Assembly (NCBI GenBank): GCA_041177485.1
Contig: JBEDBC010000006.1
Location: 1-39,127, forward strand
DNA length: 39,127 nt
Direction: 5' to 3'
Source: Candidatus Parcubacteria bacterium
GTDB lineage: Bacteria > Patescibacteriota > Minisyncoccia > SW-4-49-11
Shown here piece after piece: positions 36,199 through 39,127 of this stretch. The notes under the pieces are model-generated. The model made no database searches. It was not told the DNA's origin and saw only the letters and a list, made by a program, of their open reading frames with translations. The translations under genes and the position numbers were made by a program. Numbering within the stretch: the stretch's first letter is position 1; every line of letters starts with the position of its first letter.

Positions 36199-36468
36199 AT
36201 GGTAGAAGTAAGAAAAAGAGAGAAAGAAAGCGTAGAATCTATGATCAGGCGCTTTACTAGACGTCTCCAAAAAAGTGAAGTATTGGCTCAAGCCAGAGCA
36301 TCTAGATTTTTTACTAAAGGTAAGTCTAAGACCAAACAAAGACAGGCTGCAATCAAAAAAGTGCAATTTTTGTCTGAAAAAGATAAGCTTGTTAAAATGG
36401 GAAAAGTTCGTTCCACAGAGCGTTTACCTAATAAGTATAAGTTGAAAATTAAGGCAAGTATAAAATAA
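36199..36468 (+). CDS. rpsU: 30S ribosomal protein S21 (bS21), with C-terminal extension
   Basis: MVEVRKREKESVESMIRRFTRRLQKSEVLAQARASRFFTKGKSK matches the S21 family pattern. It is 89 aa against 71 aa in E. coli. Confidence 0.9.
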   Translation: MVEVRKREKESVESMIRRFTRRLQKSEVLAQARASRFFTKGKSKTKQRQAAIKKVQFLSEKDKLVKMGKVRSTERLPNKYKLKIKASIK

Positions 36469-36479
36469 TATATTGATGT

Positions 36480-36920
36480 ATGTCTAGCATAGCTGTACAA
36501 ATCAAAAAAGACATGATCCAAGCCATGAAAGATGGTGATAATCTTAAAAAAACAGTCTTAAGAACGTTTAGCTCAGAGTTCAAGAATGCTGAAATAGATA
36601 AGGGTAGTATGCTGGAAGATGTAGATGTAATTAAAGTTCTATCTAAACTAGAAAAGCAACGTAAAGACTCAATACAGGCTTATAAGGAGGCTGGCAGAGA
36701 AGATTTAGTTGTATCAGAACAAGAAGAATTGGCTATTATTCAGCAGTATTTACCATCGAAGTTATCAAATGATGAGCTGTCTAAATTAGTAGATCAAGCT
36801 ATCATTGAGTTGGGAGATGGTGCTAACTTTGGCTCGGTAATGAAGTTTGTTGTAGTTAAAGCTGAAGGTAGGGCAGATGGAAATCAAATTAAAGAATTAG
36901 TACAATCTAAATTGGCATAA
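36480..36920 (+). CDS. GatB/YqeY domain-containing protein
   Basis: 146 aa. IKKDMIQAMKDGDNLKKTVLR, EKQRKDSIQAYKEAGREDLV..EQEELAIIQQYLP, ANFGSVMK. The position immediately after rpsU matches many Firmicutes. Confidence 0.85.
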   Translation: MSSIAVQIKKDMIQAMKDGDNLKKTVLRTFSSEFKNAEIDKGSMLEDVDVIKVLSKLEKQRKDSIQAYKEAGREDLVVSEQEELAIIQQYLPSKLSNDELSKLVDQAIIELGDGANFGSVMKFVVVKAEGRADGNQIKELVQSKLA

Positions 36921-36923
36921 ATT

Positions 36924-37379
36924 ATGTTTTTGGAATTTGAAACACAAGTTCCTGATATAGCAGACTATAGTAGTCTTATTGCGCTATGTGTCGATATATT
37001 TAGTCAAAACACTGACCGTAAGTTTAAAGAATCTACGGTCAGTGTTGCTATTGTAGACGAAGATACAATTCAGAGATTGAATTTTCAATATAGGAATCAA
37101 GATAAAGTTACAGATGTTCTCTCCTTTTCTCTATGGGAAGATGGCTCTCAATATTTACCAGAAGATATATTGGGAGATATAGTTATTTGTTATCAAAAAG
37201 CTAAACAACAGGCACAAGATTTGGGTCACAGTATAGAATACGAGCTAGCCGTTTTATGTCTCCATGGTCTTTGCCATTTGGTAGGTTATGACCATCAAAC
37301 TGATGATGATTATCATGAAATGCAGGAAGAGGAGGGCAAACTATTAGATTTAGTTAAGAAACGCTATTCATTTTCTTGA
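36924..37379 (+). CDS. ybeY: rRNA maturation endoribonuclease YbeY
   Basis: Zinc motif HGLCHLVGYDH, TDVLSF, and a length of 151 aa. Confidence 0.9.
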   Translation: MFLEFETQVPDIADYSSLIALCVDIFSQNTDRKFKESTVSVAIVDEDTIQRLNFQYRNQDKVTDVLSFSLWEDGSQYLPEDILGDIVICYQKAKQQAQDLGHSIEYELAVLCLHGLCHLVGYDHQTDDDYHEMQEEEGKLLDLVKKRYSFS

Positions 37380-37386
37380 GAATATG

Positions 37387-37395
37387 TGATATGAT
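37387..37395 (+). promoter_or_regulatory. Extended -10 promoter element (TGaTATGAT) for ftsA
   Basis: gTGaTATGATAAT ends 31 nt before the ATG at 37427. Confidence 0.4.
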
Positions 37396-37426
37396 AATAT
37401 AAGAAAAAACAATATATATATAAATT

Positions 37427-38683
37427 ATGACAAAAAGCGAGATAATAGTTGGAATAGATGTAGGTACATCCCTTACTAAAATTGCAGTAGGTAAGTATTT
37501 AAGGGATGATAAAACTCCCTCTATTATAGCGCTAGGTATAGCTCCTAGTGAGGGAGTCAAGCGAGGAGTTGTTACAGATATACAGGATGCCACTAAAAGT
37601 ATAGGGATAGCACTAGAGACTGCCTCTAAGATGATAGAAGATGATATAAAAGAGGTCTATGTTTCACTGAATGGTTCTCACATCAATAGTATTCCCACGA
37701 GTGGTAAGGCTGCAGTCTCACGCGCTGATGGAGAAGTGACTTCAGATGATGTAGCAAGGGTTATTGCAAATTCTAATCCAGGCCCTAGCAGTCCAAATAA
37801 AGATATTATTGACATTATACCAAAAACTTATATTCTAGACGAAGAAACCGGAATCAAAAATCCAGAGGGTATGAACGGAATTCGTCTAGAATTAGAAGCT
37901 ATAATAGTAGAAGGTACATCATCTTGTATTAAGAATCTAGAAAAATGTATTCATAATTTAGGTCTATCTATTAATTCAGAAGAAATAGGTATTATTAGTG
38001 CTTCTAACTCAGTTTTAACCAAAAAACAAAAAGATTTAGGAGTAGCGGTGATTGATATGGGAGCTGGAACCACATCCGTAGCTGTGTATGAGGAAGGGCA
38101 TCTAATACACATAGTAGTTATACCAATAGGAGCCAATCATATTACCAATGACCTTGCAATTGGTCTTAGAACCTCTATAGAAGTAGCTGAGAAAGTTAAA
38201 TTAAAATATGGAATAGCTTTAGAAAAATCTTTAGGAGAAGATGCCAAACTAAAAATTGATTTGTCTAAAATAAATTCTGAGGAAGTGGGAGTTTTTCCAC
38301 TATCTTATGTCGCCAGTATAATTGAGGCGAGATTAAAAGAAATATTTGGCTTAGTAAAACAAGAGTTGAAAAATATTGAAAGAGATGGACTACTACCAGC
38401 AGGAATAGTTTTGGTAGGGGGTGGTGCAAATTTAAAGATGATATTAGAATTAGCTAAGCAAGAATTAAAATTACCAACTAAGATTGGCATCCCGCAGGGT
38501 GTGGAAGGAAGTATAGCCGATGTGGATAACCCGATCTATGCAAATCTAGTAGGTTTAGTGAAAGGTGGGTTCGAACATACAGATGACTTTAATATTCATT
38601 CACACTCTGGTCAAAAGAATAAAGTTGCATCTAAAGTCACTAACCCTTTCAAAAGTCTTTTAAAACTTGTATTCCCAGATTAA
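37427..38683 (+). CDS. ftsA: Cell division protein FtsA
   Basis: Actin/HSP70 fold motifs VGIDVGTSLTKIAVG, VIDMGAGTTSVAVY and IVLVGGGANL, with a C-terminal amphipathic tail (FKSLLKLVF). Confidence 0.9.
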   Translation: MTKSEIIVGIDVGTSLTKIAVGKYLRDDKTPSIIALGIAPSEGVKRGVVTDIQDATKSIGIALETASKMIEDDIKEVYVSLNGSHINSIPTSGKAAVSRADGEVTSDDVARVIANSNPGPSSPNKDIIDIIPKTYILDEETGIKNPEGMNGIRLELEAIIVEGTSSCIKNLEKCIHNLGLSINSEEIGIISASNSVLTKKQKDLGVAVIDMGAGTTSVAVYEEGHLIHIVVIPIGANHITNDLAIGLRTSIEVAEKVKLKYGIALEKSLGEDAKLKIDLSKINSEEVGVFPLSYVASIIEARLKEIFGLVKQELKNIERDGLLPAGIVLVGGGANLKMILELAKQELKLPTKIGIPQGVEGSIADVDNPIYANLVGLVKGGFEHTDDFNIHSHSGQKNKVASKVTNPFKSLLKLVFPD

Positions 38684-38696
38684 ATAAATCAATATT

Positions 38697-39127
38697 ATGA
38701 ATAATTTTAACTCAGACCAAAAATCACATATATTAAGTAGTCCAGAGAACCAAGAAAGGGGAGCCTCTGGAGGTGTCAACAATCCGAATCAAGCCGAACA
38801 AGGAGAGATTGGGTTGAGTGGAGAGATATTGGAAGGACGTGAAGGAGAAGAGACTGCAGGACAGCTAGATGTTGAGGGAGAAGATGATAGAACTTTTGAT
38901 TTAGAAAACTTTGATACTTTAATAGCTGATACGGCAAGAGATTTAGAGGCACCTGATAAACCTCCTTTTGAATTAGATCCAGAAACAGGCTTATCCCTAC
39001 AAGGTAAACAAATTGAAGATTTAAGGACTCAGTTAGAAGCCTTAGAAAATGATGAGTCAACTAAGTTAGATGTATCATCTGAAATTGAAGCTAATAGAAT
39101 TCAAGAAAGAGATGTATTAAATACTAA
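38697..39127 (+). CDS. Acidic low-complexity protein, N-terminal fragment (3' end outside window), in the position usually held by ftsZ
   Basis: ATG at 38697, 13 nt after the ftsA stop. I translated the frame by hand and it stays open to the window edge (MNNFNSDQKSHILSSPENQERGASGG...EGEDDRTFDLENFDTL...). It is missing from the ORF track only because it has no stop. No FtsZ GGGTG(S/T)G motif appears in the visible 143 codons. Confidence 0.6.
   Translation, partial: MNNFNSDQKSHILSSPENQERGASGGVNNPNQAEQGEIGLSGEILEGREGEETAGQLDVEGEDDRTFDLENFDTLIADTARDLEAPDKPPFELDPETGLSLQGKQIEDLRTQLEALENDESTKLDVSSEIEANRIQERDVLNT

Noticed and set aside
38776-39060. 94-aa minus-strand ORF at the window end, the only ORF the track lists there.
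   Set aside because: It is the Leu-rich mirror image of an acidic plus-strand frame. That plus-strand frame starts at an ATG 13 nt after ftsA with the window-typical T at -1 and stays open to the window edge, so the plus-strand reading is preferred.

Overview
Densely packed, AT-rich bacterial chromosome segment: about 47 protein genes and 2 tRNAs in 39 kb. Intergenic gaps are short and there are several 4-nt ATGA gene overlaps. No transposase, integrase, CRISPR array or rRNA is present. Almost all genes are core housekeeping, and the standard genetic code fits because TGA, TAG and TAA all end proteins at the expected lengths.

Main gene groups:
- Replication, repair and segregation: dnaX, gyrB, ruvA, ruvX, radC, parA, parB.
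- Translation: serS, a HisRS-like gene, rpsU, a yqeY-like gene, ybeY, miaA, tRNA-Leu(CAA), tRNA-Arg(CCU).
- Cell envelope and division: murE, murA, a D,D-carboxypeptidase, mreB, ftsA, lepB, a GT4 and a GT2 glycosyltransferase, GtrA.
- Non-oxidative pentose phosphate pathway: rpiB, tkt, an rpe-like gene.
- A thiol-redox cluster: two membrane-anchored DsbA-like proteins, trxB, a glutaredoxin-like protein and a 2-Cys peroxiredoxin.
- Stringent response: a Rel/SpoT enzyme.

The divergent housekeeping proteins, unrelated functions packed into shared operons, and prepilin leaders fused to large extracellular domains are compatible with a reduced-genome lineage such as CPR/Patescibacteria. That assignment is inference only.

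I found no obvious multi-gene novel system such as a defence island or toxin cassette. The most interesting signals are:
1. None of the other 39 ATG-initiated genes has a recognisable Shine-Dalgarno sequence, whereas rpsU (bS21) has a near-perfect 10-nt one on an unusually long leader.
2. There is a strong start-codon context: T at -1 in 34 of 40 ATG starts, and ATATG in 23 of 40.
3. A prepilin-leader ORF and an FGE-sulfatase/lectin-fold ORF share one reading frame and are separated by a single TAG.
4. The HisRS-like protein keeps its anticodon-binding domain, but its catalytic motifs look degenerate and include a six-Asp run.
5. A MacB-type ABC pair plus a prepilin-LamG protein sits between tkt and rpe.

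All alignments were done by eye against remembered family motifs. No database search or numerical computation was possible.
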